DNA from: a virus
Taxonomy: Duplodnaviria; Caudoviricetes
Reading direction: 5' to 3' (one strand)
Length of the DNA stretch: 58,786 nt
IMG/VR virus record: IMGVR_UViG_3300033067_002133
Span: 1-58,786 of that record
How positions within the stretch are numbered: position 1 is the stretch's first letter; every line of letters starts with the position of its first letter. The position numbers were made by a program, and so were the translations under genes. This document shows positions 27,765 to 36,915 of this stretch, piece after piece. The notes beneath the pieces were generated by a model, which saw only the letters and a program-made list of their open reading frames with translations, was not told the DNA's origin and did not search any database.

Positions 27765-29239
27765 TATGTTTTTGCCACTGCGATTGTTAAAACCAAGTTG
27801 CTAATCCCAGAACACGATTCAACTTCAACTGCCAATTGATTTTCGGCCACTAGCCCTGTAGTCCACCCGGTAAGGTTGGTGTGCCGCGTGTTTTGCTGCG
27901 CGCTTAATGTCGGCTTACTGCTACCGGTTATTGTGTCAGTGTTTGTTGGCAATCCTGCTGCTGACCACAAATCAATGACAACGCTTCCGGTTGCATTGGC
28001 TGTCATTTCGATAAATTGTATCGTTCCTGAGTACGGTATCCGCGCGGTTTCCTTGAACCCTGTTGTTATATCCGATCCAGACGAGTTTTTGATCGTAATT
28101 GTAATGTATTCCAAGCCGGTATTAACGCCGCTGATTGTTGCATCACCAGCAAACGTCAATGCTCTGTTCGCATCATTCAACACGACAGATAGCGTTCGGT
28201 TTGCGCTGAGATTTTCACCAATGGAAACCTGCGCATAATGATTAGCACCGGTGTCGTTGAGCCGGATCGCAGCTAACGCCACTGTGGATTGCAGATTAAG
28301 CGTCCCTGCGGCAAACGATAAATTCGCACCGACTGTCACCGCGGACCATGTATCCGCAGCCGACCGATAGTAGATCGTGTTGGTTCCACTTAGCGCGGCA
28401 ATCGCAGTGAGATCGGCATCAAGAGGTTGCTTTCCAGCCAAGTCGGTCGTCAGATTCGTAATGTCTGACTGTGCATGCGTGTGGCTTGCTGCCGCTGCAC
28501 CAACGTCAGCATAACCAAGAACAACAGTGCCAGTTTGACCGTTTACGCTTACGATTGTTGGAAGCGGATAATCCCACTCCCTCCAATCAGTCAGTTCAGT
28601 TGGATCGTCACCGAATAAAATCCAGACAGTTCCGGTATCTGCTCGATAACAAAGATCGCCCTTTTGAGCATCAAGCAATAGCATTTCGACTTGATCGGCG
28701 GCATCAAAAGTATCGACGATCGCCAAGCTTGGTATTTGGCTGGTAGGCACTAAACCGCCAACCAGGTCTGCTTTGGCTGTCAATACAGAAACCAGGCCAG
28801 TCACATCGCTTTGAGCGTGTGTGTGACTTGAAGCGGCGAATGCTGACGAGGCCTGTGTCGCTGCCGTCCCCAGGCCTAAAGTTGTCCTCTGCGCGGCGGC
28901 ATCGACATCATCCAGCAAATTTTTGCCGGCCGTAGTAACGTCTCCACCCAATTTTGAAGTACTAACGGCGCCAGTGTCGATTGTCCAGGTTGCTCCAGAC
29001 GCACTAACAACAATATCGCCTTTATCTCCATCGGCAATCGCACTTTTGTCGGCCCACGCAACATCGAAGTTTGTTGCGCTTTGTTTTTCGATGACCTGAC
29101 CCGTTGTTCCACCAGCGGGAATCCCGGCGCCGATTAGTCCGTTTGAAATGTTGACCGAAAATTGAGTCTGCGGCGACGTTACACTAACACTGTAAGCCTG
29201 AACAACTGTCGTTATGTTTACAGTGATGTTTTCGCTCAT
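27764..29239 (-). CDS. tail fibre protein
   Basis: PAGGTTGQV, DGDKGDI, two SHTHAQSD repeats, SVNGQTG motifs. Confidence 0.8.
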   Translation of the reverse strand: MSENITVNITTVVQAYSVSVTSPQTQFSVNISNGLIGAGIPAGGTTGQVIEKQSATNFDVAWADKSAIADGDKGDIVVSASGATWTIDTGAVSTSKLGGDVTTAGKNLLDDVDAAAQRTTLGLGTAATQASSAFAASSHTHAQSDVTGLVSVLTAKADLVGGLVPTSQIPSLAIVDTFDAADQVEMLLLDAQKGDLCYRADTGTVWILFGDDPTELTDWREWDYPLPTIVSVNGQTGTVVLGYADVGAAAASHTHAQSDITNLTTDLAGKQPLDADLTAIAALSGTNTIYYRSAADTWSAVTVGANLSFAAGTLNLQSTVALAAIRLNDTGANHYAQVSIGENLSANRTLSVVLNDANRALTFAGDATISGVNTGLEYITITIKNSSGSDITTGFKETARIPYSGTIQFIEMTANATGSVVIDLWSAAGLPTNTDTITGSSKPTLSAQQNTRHTNLTGWTTGLVAENQLAVEVESCSGISNLVLTIAVAKT

Positions 29240-29580
29240 CGAGTAACATCCTGATCGATAACAAGCGTGCCTTCAATCGGCGTTCGAATAACACCTGACG
29301 CATCTGTAAATTCGACATCCCAGTACCAATTTCCAACACCGAGATCCAGCACTTGCGCTGGAATGTTGACGATCCAATCATCTGCATCTGTGATGGTGAT
29401 TGTTGCCGGGCTCTGCAAGCTTAAATCAGCATCTCCTTCGCTGTTTTTTCGCTTCCTGAATTGCATCCTGACCGACGACAACGCGACCGGTGGGGTTGCA
29501 TTGTCAATTTCGACCGTGATCGTCATCCCTGGCCACGTATCGCCATACTTAATGCTTGAAAGCGTAACTCGTTCGGCCAT
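29236..29580 (-). CDS. BppU-like baseplate/fibre adaptor
   Basis: I.YGDTW...MQFR...WDVEFTDASG...EG.L.I..DVT. Confidence 0.65.
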   Translation of the reverse strand: MAERVTLSSIKYGDTWPGMTITVEIDNATPPVALSSVRMQFRKRKNSEGDADLSLQSPATITITDADDWIVNIPAQVLDLGVGNWYWDVEFTDASGVIRTPIEGTLVIDQDVTR

Positions 29581-29605
29581 TCAGGGTTATCCTTGAAACG
29601 TTAAT

Positions 29606-29863
29606 TCATTGTTTAATCTTTGCCAATGCTGAAGCATTCTCTCGCAGCGCGATCGTGTTGTCACGAACAACATTAGCCATATTGTCGACCAACACCTTGT
29701 ACTGCGCGATTCGTTCTGCATCGCGCAAATCATAGTTGTCATCTCGATCTTTGATGAATTTGAGAAACTTGATAACAAGTATCAGCATCGCAACAGCAAT
29801 TGGGCTCGATTCTAACAGCCCGGTAAGCACTGATATCATAGGATCTACCACCTGTGCAATCAT
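29606..29863 (-). CDS. single-TM membrane protein, holin-like candidate
   Basis: N-terminal hydrophobic helix then coiled coil. Confidence 0.5.
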   Translation of the reverse strand: MIAQVVDPMISVLTGLLESSPIAVAMLILVIKFLKFIKDRDDNYDLRDAERIAQYKVLVDNMANVVRDNTIALRENASALAKIKQ

Positions 29864-30066
29864 CCAGCACCCCCTCCTGATTGATTACAGCCATGCGTCA
29901 CCAAAGACGCCTGAACAGCCGCAATTTGAGCGTCTTTAATTTCTTTCGCTGCCATCAGCGCCGCTAGTTCCGCTTGCAGTTCGGCTAGCTGAGCCCTCAA
30001 CAGTGGACAATTCGGATCTTCGTCTAGCATCGCTGATGTGTTGTTCTGCTTGTCTCCTGAGTTCAT
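29860..30066 (-). CDS. small coiled-coil protein
   Basis: heptads flanked by two Cys; ATGA coupling downstream. Confidence 0.5.
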   Translation of the reverse strand: MNSGDKQNNTSAMLDEDPNCPLLRAQLAELQAELAALMAAKEIKDAQIAAVQASLVTHGCNQSGGGAG

Positions 30067-30280
30067 ACGAAAGTACCTTTCCAGGGTTTGCCTGATAGCC
30101 GATCCAACCGCCGAACAAAAATGCTAACATTAGCACCCATGCCCTACAGAGAATTGACGATAACCAGTTAATTCGAGCCACCGATATCCTCACAAGCAGC
30201 GACGAATAAAATCGACTACCCATCTCAGGACTGTCAGGAAAATCAAAAGGTGAATTAGGAAACGTTCGAGGGCTTGCCAT
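29936..30280 (-). CDS. putative membrane protein
   Basis: GGAG RBS; hydrophobic segment ending LAFLFGGWIGY. Confidence 0.45.
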   Translation of the reverse strand: MASPRTFPNSPFDFPDSPEMGSRFYSSLLVRISVARINWLSSILCRAWVLMLAFLFGGWIGYQANPGKVLSYELRRQAEQHISDARRRSELSTVEGSASRTASGTSGADGSERN

Positions 30281-30372
30281 TTTTTACTCCGCTTCATTCG
30301 CTGGGTCACGGTCGTTTTGTCCGTGGCCTGCATCGATCCTCCATTCCCCTTACTCAAACACTCGACACGTAG

Positions 30373-30687
30373 TTAAAGCAGCTTGCGGTCCATGTTCCCT
30401 ACATACACCGGCTGCTTTGCCATTCCAAGCAAAACACCGAACCACGGATTTACGTACATTTCCAGCAATCGAACAATCGCGTAGTAGGCCATGCCAACCA
30501 TCCACCCAACTAGCGGTTCTAGCGCTGCCAAAAATGACGCAAGCAGCTTATTAAACTCGGCAATCGTTTCTTCAGGAAATTCAATGTTGTACTTCTCTTT
30601 CAATGCCGTCATAACGACGCTAATTAGCGAGACAATGCCGGCACGAATCGATGATGCTAAAAAATCTTTGAATTTATCCACGCTCAA
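30373..30687 (-). CDS. multi-TM membrane protein, holin candidate
   Basis: hydrophobic helices; YYAIVRLLE...PWFGVLLG.AKQPVY. Confidence 0.6.
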   Translation of the reverse strand: MSVDKFKDFLASSIRAGIVSLISVVMTALKEKYNIEFPEETIAEFNKLLASFLAALEPLVGWMVGMAYYAIVRLLEMYVNPWFGVLLGMAKQPVYVGNMDRKLL

Positions 30688-30701
30688 TCTCCTTGGGTAA
30701 A

Positions 30702-30742
30702 TAAAGAAGCCCCCTGCCGCGGCGGCGCGTGCGACAGGGGGC
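30702..30742 (-). terminator. probable intrinsic terminator
   Basis: GCCCCCTG..CAGGGGGC stem followed by TTCTTTATTT. Confidence 0.55.
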
Positions 30743-30755
30743 GCGGCGATGGGAA

Positions 30756-31352
30756 TTATCGGCGAAATAATCGCCTACCATATGACTGGTTTGTCGGACA
30801 CCGGCCACCAGGACACGACTGGTTGATCAACGACTGCCTAGTTACAGTTCTTGACCGGACAATCTCCTGATTTCCTGACACGACCACCGATCGTATTCTG
30901 CTAGAACCGTCCCACGCCCAACCTTCATGCAGATTGTCATGGATTGCTCGAAGTTCCGATAACGCTCGGCCATCAAGTTGTTCGACTGGGATCTGGTGAT
31001 TGCTTCCAAGCAAGTGAGATCGCAATGAACCCACCGTCCACGAAACACTATTGATCGTCCATTCAGACAAAGCGCGACGGACAATTTGGATCCGCGCTGG
31101 TTTTTTAACCTCTACCGTCCGAACAACAACGGAAGGCCTTTCCGTGGCCGTAGACTTGCGCGGGAGTACATTCGCAAGCTGGCTTTCATAGCGTACTGCG
31201 GGCGTTGGATCATTGCTGAGCCCGAATGTTTCGGCGCTTGAAACAACAGACGCCTCGGCGACCCCCGCATCTCCCAGACCGAACATATCGTCTGCGAAAC
31301 AAGCGGCCGGACACAACAAGACGATTAAAATCAAAGTACTTAACGTTTTCAT
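30756..31352 (-). CDS. secreted protein
   Basis: signal peptide MKTLSTLILIVLLCPAACFA; C-terminal CPGGRCP..RRLFRR. Confidence 0.7.
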   Translation of the reverse strand: MKTLSTLILIVLLCPAACFADDMFGLGDAGVAEASVVSSAETFGLSNDPTPAVRYESQLANVLPRKSTATERPSVVVRTVEVKKPARIQIVRRALSEWTINSVSWTVGSLRSHLLGSNHQIPVEQLDGRALSELRAIHDNLHEGWAWDGSSRIRSVVVSGNQEIVRSRTVTRQSLINQSCPGGRCPTNQSYGRRLFRR

Positions 31353-32257
31353 AGCCCAAAAGTTTCCTCCGAGATATCACCTGGGTCCACTGCTCCAGAT
31401 TGACTTTGTTCAATGGAACGAATTTCCGAATCCATCTGGTCACGATACTTCCTGAGCGATTCCACGTATCGAGACTTCCACTTCAGATCGCTTGGATCAC
31501 TCGGCGGATCGACTGGTGGGTCACTCGGCTTCACATCCTCGGCCCAGATCGGCCACATTTCACTTGCGGCGCGAGCGGTCCAGTAACAGTCTTTGACAGT
31601 CGGATCGCTCAAGCCGTCCGTATCGTAATTAACGTCTCCACCTGGCAGTTCGATAAACTCCCAGTCTTTAGGACGCGGGAATCCTTTGACGATTCGGCCT
31701 CGCATTTGGTCGTAGATCGTGTTCGTCAACTGGCCACCGCCATACCAGCGATTTCCTTGACGAATCGACCACGTTAGCAAAGCTTTCATCAAGTGGTCAG
31801 AGTCACCCCAAACACCGGAGCCAGATTGACCGCCGATCGCATTGGGGAGCCACAACAAGACGCCATTGTTGATGGTTTGAAATTGTGCAATGTCGGTCCC
31901 TGCATGCTTGACGCATTTGGGGTATCCCTTCGTGTACATGCTCTCATTCTTTGCCGGCAAACCTTTCGTAAGATAAACCGGTTGAACTTGAGTTAGCCCT
32001 GGAACATAAAGCAGCGCCCAGTCGGCGCCGATTTCGTTCCGGTTGTACATAACCTCGACAATGTTTCCAGTGAACCGTTTGTTTCCGAGCGACTCAGCCT
32101 CGACAACAATGTCTCGATCTGGATCAGTCCCGGCAACGTGGCCATTAGTCATCACCAACGAACCGTCTTTCCACTTTCCACACACTGAACCTGAACCACA
32201 ACTGTTTTGATTCAGTATTCGACAAACAGCCCTTGTTGCCGGTCCTGTTGAACTCAT
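31349..32257 (-). CDS. trypsin-like serine protease
   Basis: triad motifs TNGHV, ADWAL, GGQSGSGV. Confidence 0.85.
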   Translation of the reverse strand: MSSTGPATRAVCRILNQNSCGSGSVCGKWKDGSLVMTNGHVAGTDPDRDIVVEAESLGNKRFTGNIVEVMYNRNEIGADWALLYVPGLTQVQPVYLTKGLPAKNESMYTKGYPKCVKHAGTDIAQFQTINNGVLLWLPNAIGGQSGSGVWGDSDHLMKALLTWSIRQGNRWYGGGQLTNTIYDQMRGRIVKGFPRPKDWEFIELPGGDVNYDTDGLSDPTVKDCYWTARAASEMWPIWAEDVKPSDPPVDPPSDPSDLKWKSRYVESLRKYRDQMDSEIRSIEQSQSGAVDPGDISEETFGL

Positions 32258-32324
32258 TTTTAAACCCTACATCCACAATTAAAATTTTGACGATTTTTTT
32301 TTACAACGATTGAACGCACTCGAA

Positions 32325-32810
32325 CTAGCAAGCCATGTCGTACTGCGTTGTCATCACTGCATAAAACTCGATTTGTCGAAGCATAGGGTGCGCGTTTTCG
32401 ATCCATGAAAATGCGTCTAACAATTGAAGCAAGAGCGGGATGAATTTTTCAAGAAACGCGGCAATGCCTTCCCAGTTTATAGATCCGCGATCTATCTGAC
32501 CGTCCTCGCCAATGGGCGCCGCTTCTGAACCGCTTGCCGACATCTGCAAAACCGCCATGTCTTCGGCTTGCTTGCGAAACGCCGGCGTGATCATTGCAAC
32601 TCGCAACCGAACAACGTCCAGACGCTTAATCTTCCCCTCTTTGTGAGCCTTAATTGCTGCCTGAATTACGGCTCGATGAAAACTGTCTTGAGCCTCGCGG
32701 ACCTCAACCTTGGATGGCTCTTGCTCTTGCCGTCCGTCCGACACCCCGCCGATCGCCGAAAGGACAGTAAAAAACACCGCAAACAAAAACAACCTTGCAT
32801 AGCTACTCAT
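32325..32810 (-). CDS. exported/membrane protein (start moved to ATG 32810)
   Basis: N-terminal signal/TM; amphipathic INWEGIAAFLEKFIPLLLQLL. Confidence 0.65.
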   Translation of the reverse strand: MSSYARLFLFAVFFTVLSAIGGVSDGRQEQEPSKVEVREAQDSFHRAVIQAAIKAHKEGKIKRLDVVRLRVAMITPAFRKQAEDMAVLQMSASGSEAAPIGEDGQIDRGSINWEGIAAFLEKFIPLLLQLLDAFSWIENAHPMLRQIEFYAVMTTQYDMAC

Positions 32811-32947
32811 ACCGACCGCCTTTGAAAAAGTTTGAGAATGAAACACCATTACAGCGAGATAATTCTAGGATCACCCCCCTTCTTGGCTAAAAGTCAATCT
32901 TTCTGCGACTTTATATCGCTGAGTTTTAACTTTCAACAAGCCACAAA

Positions 32948-33196
32948 TCAATTTTTTGATGGAGTTTCTGGTTTTACGACCGAATCAAAGGATTTTATCA
33001 GCGCGCCTTCAATCAATTTCAAGGACACGGCAAAGTCGTCGGACTGACGCAACTTGGCAATTTGAAGGCTGATATTCATGCGGTCGATAGGGTCAAGGCG
33101 AGACAATTCTGAAGCGCATCGCTGGCAAATTGGCGTAATTTGCAGCGGTTTACTGACTGAACAGGTGCAAAGATAGCATGGGCGAACAATATTCAT
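32948..33196 (-). CDS. small Zn-finger protein
   Basis: CYLC..CQRC. Confidence 0.5.
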   Translation of the reverse strand: MNIVRPCYLCTCSVSKPLQITPICQRCASELSRLDPIDRMNISLQIAKLRQSDDFAVSLKLIEGALIKSFDSVVKPETPSKN

Positions 33197-33230
33197 AAAA
33201 AAAGCTTGGTAGATTTTACTCTACCAAGCT
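33197..33230 (-). terminator. intrinsic terminator
   Basis: AGCTTGGTAGA/TCTACCAAGCT stem followed by T-run. Confidence 0.85.
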
Positions 33231-33291
33231 CAGAACCCTGCAACAACCCTCAAGGAGACACTTTTTATATCGACACCAGATTCGATGTCAA

Positions 33292-33645
33292 CTAAAATTC
33301 GATCTCATTTTTTTCTTGTGGCGTATTTACGCCAACCGGATCAGACTCGGCTTCATCGGCCGTCACCGAGGGCTCGTCGCATTGCTTTTGCAGCAACTCG
33401 TTCATCGACGATGGGTGAACGGACTCGTTGGCGACCTCATCGATCGTCGGGCAGTAATGAGGCACGGCGCAACAACCTTCCGGTTTTGGGCCGATCTCAA
33501 CTTTTGCAACAAACGCCAAACCAGCACTGTCAGGAGAAAACACATTCAGATTGACAGTCCCGTTTGGATTCGTACTGACAATGATTGCTGCCAACGGCTG
33601 GCTGCTCTCGGTACGGTAAAAATCAACAACTTCCCCTACTCGCAT
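33292..33645 (-). CDS. conserved phage hypothetical protein
   Basis: VG.VV.FY..PLAAII....VNLNVF..D motif; AAGGA RBS. Confidence 0.7.
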   Translation of the reverse strand: MRVGEVVDFYRTESSQPLAAIIVSTNPNGTVNLNVFSPDSAGLAFVAKVEIGPKPEGCCAVPHYCPTIDEVANESVHPSSMNELLQKQCDEPSVTADEAESDPVGVNTPQEKNEIEF

Positions 33646-33647
33646 CT

Positions 33648-33914
33648 TTAATTCCTTGACGGCGAAACACCTGCTGTAACCAATGGAAGATCCTTCAGCA
33701 TCGCCGTAATCTCTGAAACGATCTTATCCAATGTCTCGTCTGCGACCGTCCTGTCCATCGACCGGACTACAAGCCACACTCCGACCCTAACAAAATCCTC
33801 TCCAACTTCCTTTTGAGCGCAACGAGTCAACGCACCCGCTCCAACCAGTTCTTCAACCAGTTGTGTGGATTGTATCGCAGCAACAATTCTCGCAATCGCT
33901 ATACCCTTGTCCAA
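33648..33914 (-). CDS. hypothetical protein
   Basis: fills the operon gap. Confidence 0.55.
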   Translation of the reverse strand: MDKGIAIARIVAAIQSTQLVEELVGAGALTRCAQKEVGEDFVRVGVWLVVRSMDRTVADETLDKIVSEITAMLKDLPLVTAGVSPSRN

Positions 33915-34336
33915 AACAATACACCATCCTTGCCATCTTCGATGTCTGAAACCAACCTACTCTTAAACGACAAAGACTTGAATATCCGTATGGCTGGTTC
34001 ATTGTTTTCTGGAACAAGCGAAGTAATTGTGAAAAAATCTTTGCGACTACCGTACTCCTCCACCACTCGTTGAATCATGTCGCTCGCAATACTTCGGCAA
34101 CGATAATCCTGCCGAACACCAAACCTTGCAATCTCTACCGTCTTCAATGCCTTGAACACTTTGAGAAGTGCGTACCCGATCATAATCCCAGACACCTTGT
34201 AGCCGATAGAACCTGGCTCCCAAATCTTACTTGGCATGCCATTGTAAAATATCGACCTGTCGGGCTCTGGTATTCCAGACTCGAAGCAAGCCCTATCAAG
34301 AGCGCTGATGTCCATCACATCCATATCATTGATCAT
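33899..34336 (-). CDS. GNAT (RimI-like) acetyltransferase
   Basis: EIARFGVRQDYRCRSIA..VPENNEPAIRIFKSLSF. Confidence 0.75.
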   Translation of the reverse strand: MINDMDVMDISALDRACFESGIPEPDRSIFYNGMPSKIWEPGSIGYKVSGIMIGYALLKVFKALKTVEIARFGVRQDYRCRSIASDMIQRVVEEYGSRKDFFTITSLVPENNEPAIRIFKSLSFKSRLVSDIEDGKDGVLFWTRV

Positions 34337-34763
34337 TCTGAATGGCCTCGATGGTTATCCAAACTCCGATAGTTTCCGAATACCGCTTTCGGTTCACCTG
34401 CTCAACAACTTGAGAATCATCTTTGTACGCTATGCCAGTCAATCCATCTTCGACGGCTCTAACCATCTTTGTTAGATCTGGCTTAAACAGATGAAACTCT
34501 GACTTGCCTTTCTTTAAGTCGCCTTTTTTCGTGAAGTGAGAAACCGGCCTTCCCAGTTGAAATTCAAGCACTAACCTCACTGGACCTGCAATGGGATCAG
34601 TAAAATGCTGACTGGCATTAAACCCAACCCACTCCATCCATCCTTTAGCTTTTGGGTTGTCGTGAGTAACCGAAACTCCCAACTTTCCATTTGCCTTACG
34701 GAAAGGAAACGCATGCTTGCTTCCTGCTGTGGCCGGTTCGCCACTCACAAAAAATGTTATCAT
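34326..34763 (-). CDS. rusA: RusA Holliday junction resolvase
   Basis: KPDLTKMVRAVEDGLTGIAYKDDSQVV. Confidence 0.9.
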   Translation of the reverse strand: MITFFVSGEPATAGSKHAFPFRKANGKLGVSVTHDNPKAKGWMEWVGFNASQHFTDPIAGPVRLVLEFQLGRPVSHFTKKGDLKKGKSEFHLFKPDLTKMVRAVEDGLTGIAYKDDSQVVEQVNRKRYSETIGVWITIEAIQNDQ

Positions 34764-35989
34764 TTTCCACGCGACTTTCTGATTTCGGCGCAGCGGTCAT
34801 CTGTTTCGGCGTTGATTGCTTCCTTGTAGACAAAAGCGTCCTGGCCATCGCCTTTAATCATCTCTATGTATTTGGCGGCGATCTTCTTGCATTCAAGGAC
34901 TGCATCACAATCTGCCAACTCTTTTTTAACTTTTGCAAACAACGCCATATTTGGATTTTTATCACCAGAAACGGACGTTGATTCCTCGGCAGAATCTTTC
35001 TCCGGTTTCTTCTCGACCGCATCGGCAACAACCGGTTTTTCGCTGACTTCCGATGTTGTCGAAACGAATTTGTCGGCAGCTATTGTTTTGGCCGATGATT
35101 CACTAACCACCGGCTCGACTTTGATCGGATCGTTTTTTCCGTCGACCAAGATCTCCGTCACCTGAGCCAGCGTTCGCCGCGTCTCGACCGGCTTTACAAC
35201 TTCGCTCTCGTCGATAACTGGCTGGATGTCCATGTCCATCGCTCGAATCGCTTCGGTATCGTCAATGACGCACCAGCCACGTGCAACTCCGTAATGCATC
35301 GCTGTCTTCATGGCCATCGGAACATAATGAATGTGCCACGGATCGCTCGATTGAGCCCACGACTCCTTCAAAGCAAACTGATAGCTATCACTTTCATCCC
35401 GTCGCTGATTAATGAGTTTCTTTGGAACCCACCCGCGACTAATTGTGTGTCCCGTACTGATCTGCTTGACAACCAACACGATGCCACGCAATTCTTCTTC
35501 GGTCGTCGGCGGATCATCGAAATCAATGTTTCGAATCTCCACATCACCGTCTCTGGTGATCTGAATATCGTCATTGTATCCAATAGGAACAGCCAGCATG
35601 GTCATGTTCGATCGCTGAGCAAGGGCGTTGAGCCCGCGGTGGCTAAGCTGATAGGTCAAATTGGGTTTCTGGTCTTCCCGCCTCGCTCTCCTTGGAATCG
35701 CATAGGCAAGCGATGTCGGTCCGCTGCTTGGCATAATGTTGGTCAGCGCTGCAACCGCAATCACCGCTCCAACACTAGCCGGCGTACAGTTGTAGAATTC
35801 TTCCGGCTTTCGGCTGCACTGAGCAGCTTGCGACAATGCGACAGCAATCCGCGCCGATGCCGCTTTCGCTCTGTCTTCGCCAACCCAATCAACCAAAAGG
35901 CTGTTTGCGTTTTTCGTGGCCATATCACGAAACTGACGAGGCACTGACATTTCTTTTTTTTGTTCAATTTTTGCTACTTCATTATTCAT
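34760..35989 (-). CDS. recT: RecT-like single-strand annealing protein (start moved to ATG 35989)
   Basis: CTPASV, LAYAIP, YQLSHRGL..LA.RS, PW..HY..MA.KT; next to YqaJ. Confidence 0.8.
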   Translation of the reverse strand: MNNEVAKIEQKKEMSVPRQFRDMATKNANSLLVDWVGEDRAKAASARIAVALSQAAQCSRKPEEFYNCTPASVGAVIAVAALTNIMPSSGPTSLAYAIPRRARREDQKPNLTYQLSHRGLNALAQRSNMTMLAVPIGYNDDIQITRDGDVEIRNIDFDDPPTTEEELRGIVLVVKQISTGHTISRGWVPKKLINQRRDESDSYQFALKESWAQSSDPWHIHYVPMAMKTAMHYGVARGWCVIDDTEAIRAMDMDIQPVIDESEVVKPVETRRTLAQVTEILVDGKNDPIKVEPVVSESSAKTIAADKFVSTTSEVSEKPVVADAVEKKPEKDSAEESTSVSGDKNPNMALFAKVKKELADCDAVLECKKIAAKYIEMIKGDGQDAFVYKEAINAETDDRCAEIRKSRGK

Positions 35990-36915
35990 GCTTTTTTTCC
36001 TGATCGCCTTAAAACTCTGCGCGTATGCGCTGCTGTAACACACTCTTTCCGTTCTTCGGTTAAATAGCTGTAGCTCCCAACCGCAAACGGTAGAATTCCT
36101 TCTTCTGCATCACCGATCGCAAACTTCAATTTGTTTTTCAGCGATGCTTCTTCAGTTTTCAATCTTTTAATATCCTCTTGCACTTCAAGCAAGCGACGAT
36201 CCCACTCGATTGCCTCCTCTGGAAGAACAATGGACTTCCTCTCTTGTTTTGGATAAGCAACCCTCAGCCAATCCGAAGTCGCTTCGCTGCCATCAATCGG
36301 CGGAACTTCCATCCGGTTGACATATCCCCAAAACTCAGACAACTTCAAAATCATAGCGGCAATAAATGCATTGTCGCGTTTGATTTTTTTGACAAACAAT
36401 TCATTGCCTCCAACTAATCCAGCTAGATAGCAATACCTTGCTCCAGTAACCGCCATCTGATGCTGACACTGAATCTCATATTTTAGAATCGGTTCGTCGC
36501 CCTTCCAAGCTTTCTTCAAATACGCATCATTATATTTGAATTCCACCGGAACCGCTTCGTCGTCTTCAAGTGCAATTCGATCTAGCGTCGCCGCAAGCCA
36601 CGGAAAAGTCGGATGGTAGAATATCGTGTAATCGCCTGGATCATAAATCGGAATCTTCAAATCGTCGGCCACTTCATCCGAAATAATTCCTTCCATCCGT
36701 TTGCCGCGCTCAACACGCTTTTTCACATCTGGCGGAAATTCAACTTCAGGCCCACCCGTCTTGCTGCTCCAGACAGTCACGATACTCTGAGACACATAAC
36801 CCATCCCAAAGATTCCGGCCGTATCACTAGCGCCAATCGCTAGGCGCCTTGCATCCCTCCATTCTGCTTCGTTTTCATACGAAACACTTCGACATCCGTT
36901 TGGAAATTGAATCAC
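35986..36915 (-). CDS. YqaJ-like viral recombinase exonuclease
   Basis: W..ARR.AIGASD, G..ME, LAATLDR, EFK, Y.IQCQHQMAV. Confidence 0.9.
   Translation of the reverse strand: MIQFPNGCRSVSYENEAEWRDARRLAIGASDTAGIFGMGYVSQSIVTVWSSKTGGPEVEFPPDVKKRVERGKRMEGIISDEVADDLKIPIYDPGDYTIFYHPTFPWLAATLDRIALEDDEAVPVEFKYNDAYLKKAWKGDEPILKYEIQCQHQMAVTGARYCYLAGLVGGNELFVKKIKRDNAFIAAMILKLSEFWGYVNRMEVPPIDGSEATSDWLRVAYPKQERKSIVLPEEAIEWDRRLLEVQEDIKRLKTEEASLKNKLKFAIGDAEEGILPFAVGSYSYLTEERKECVTAAHTRRVLRRSGKKA

Noticed and set aside
21718-29239. Diversity-generating retroelement or invertible fibre cassette
   Set aside because: No reverse transcriptase, invertase or template/variable repeat pair noticed.
29860-30280. Overlapping genes as Rz/Rz1 spanins
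   Set aside because: The downstream ORF has no signal peptide or lipobox.
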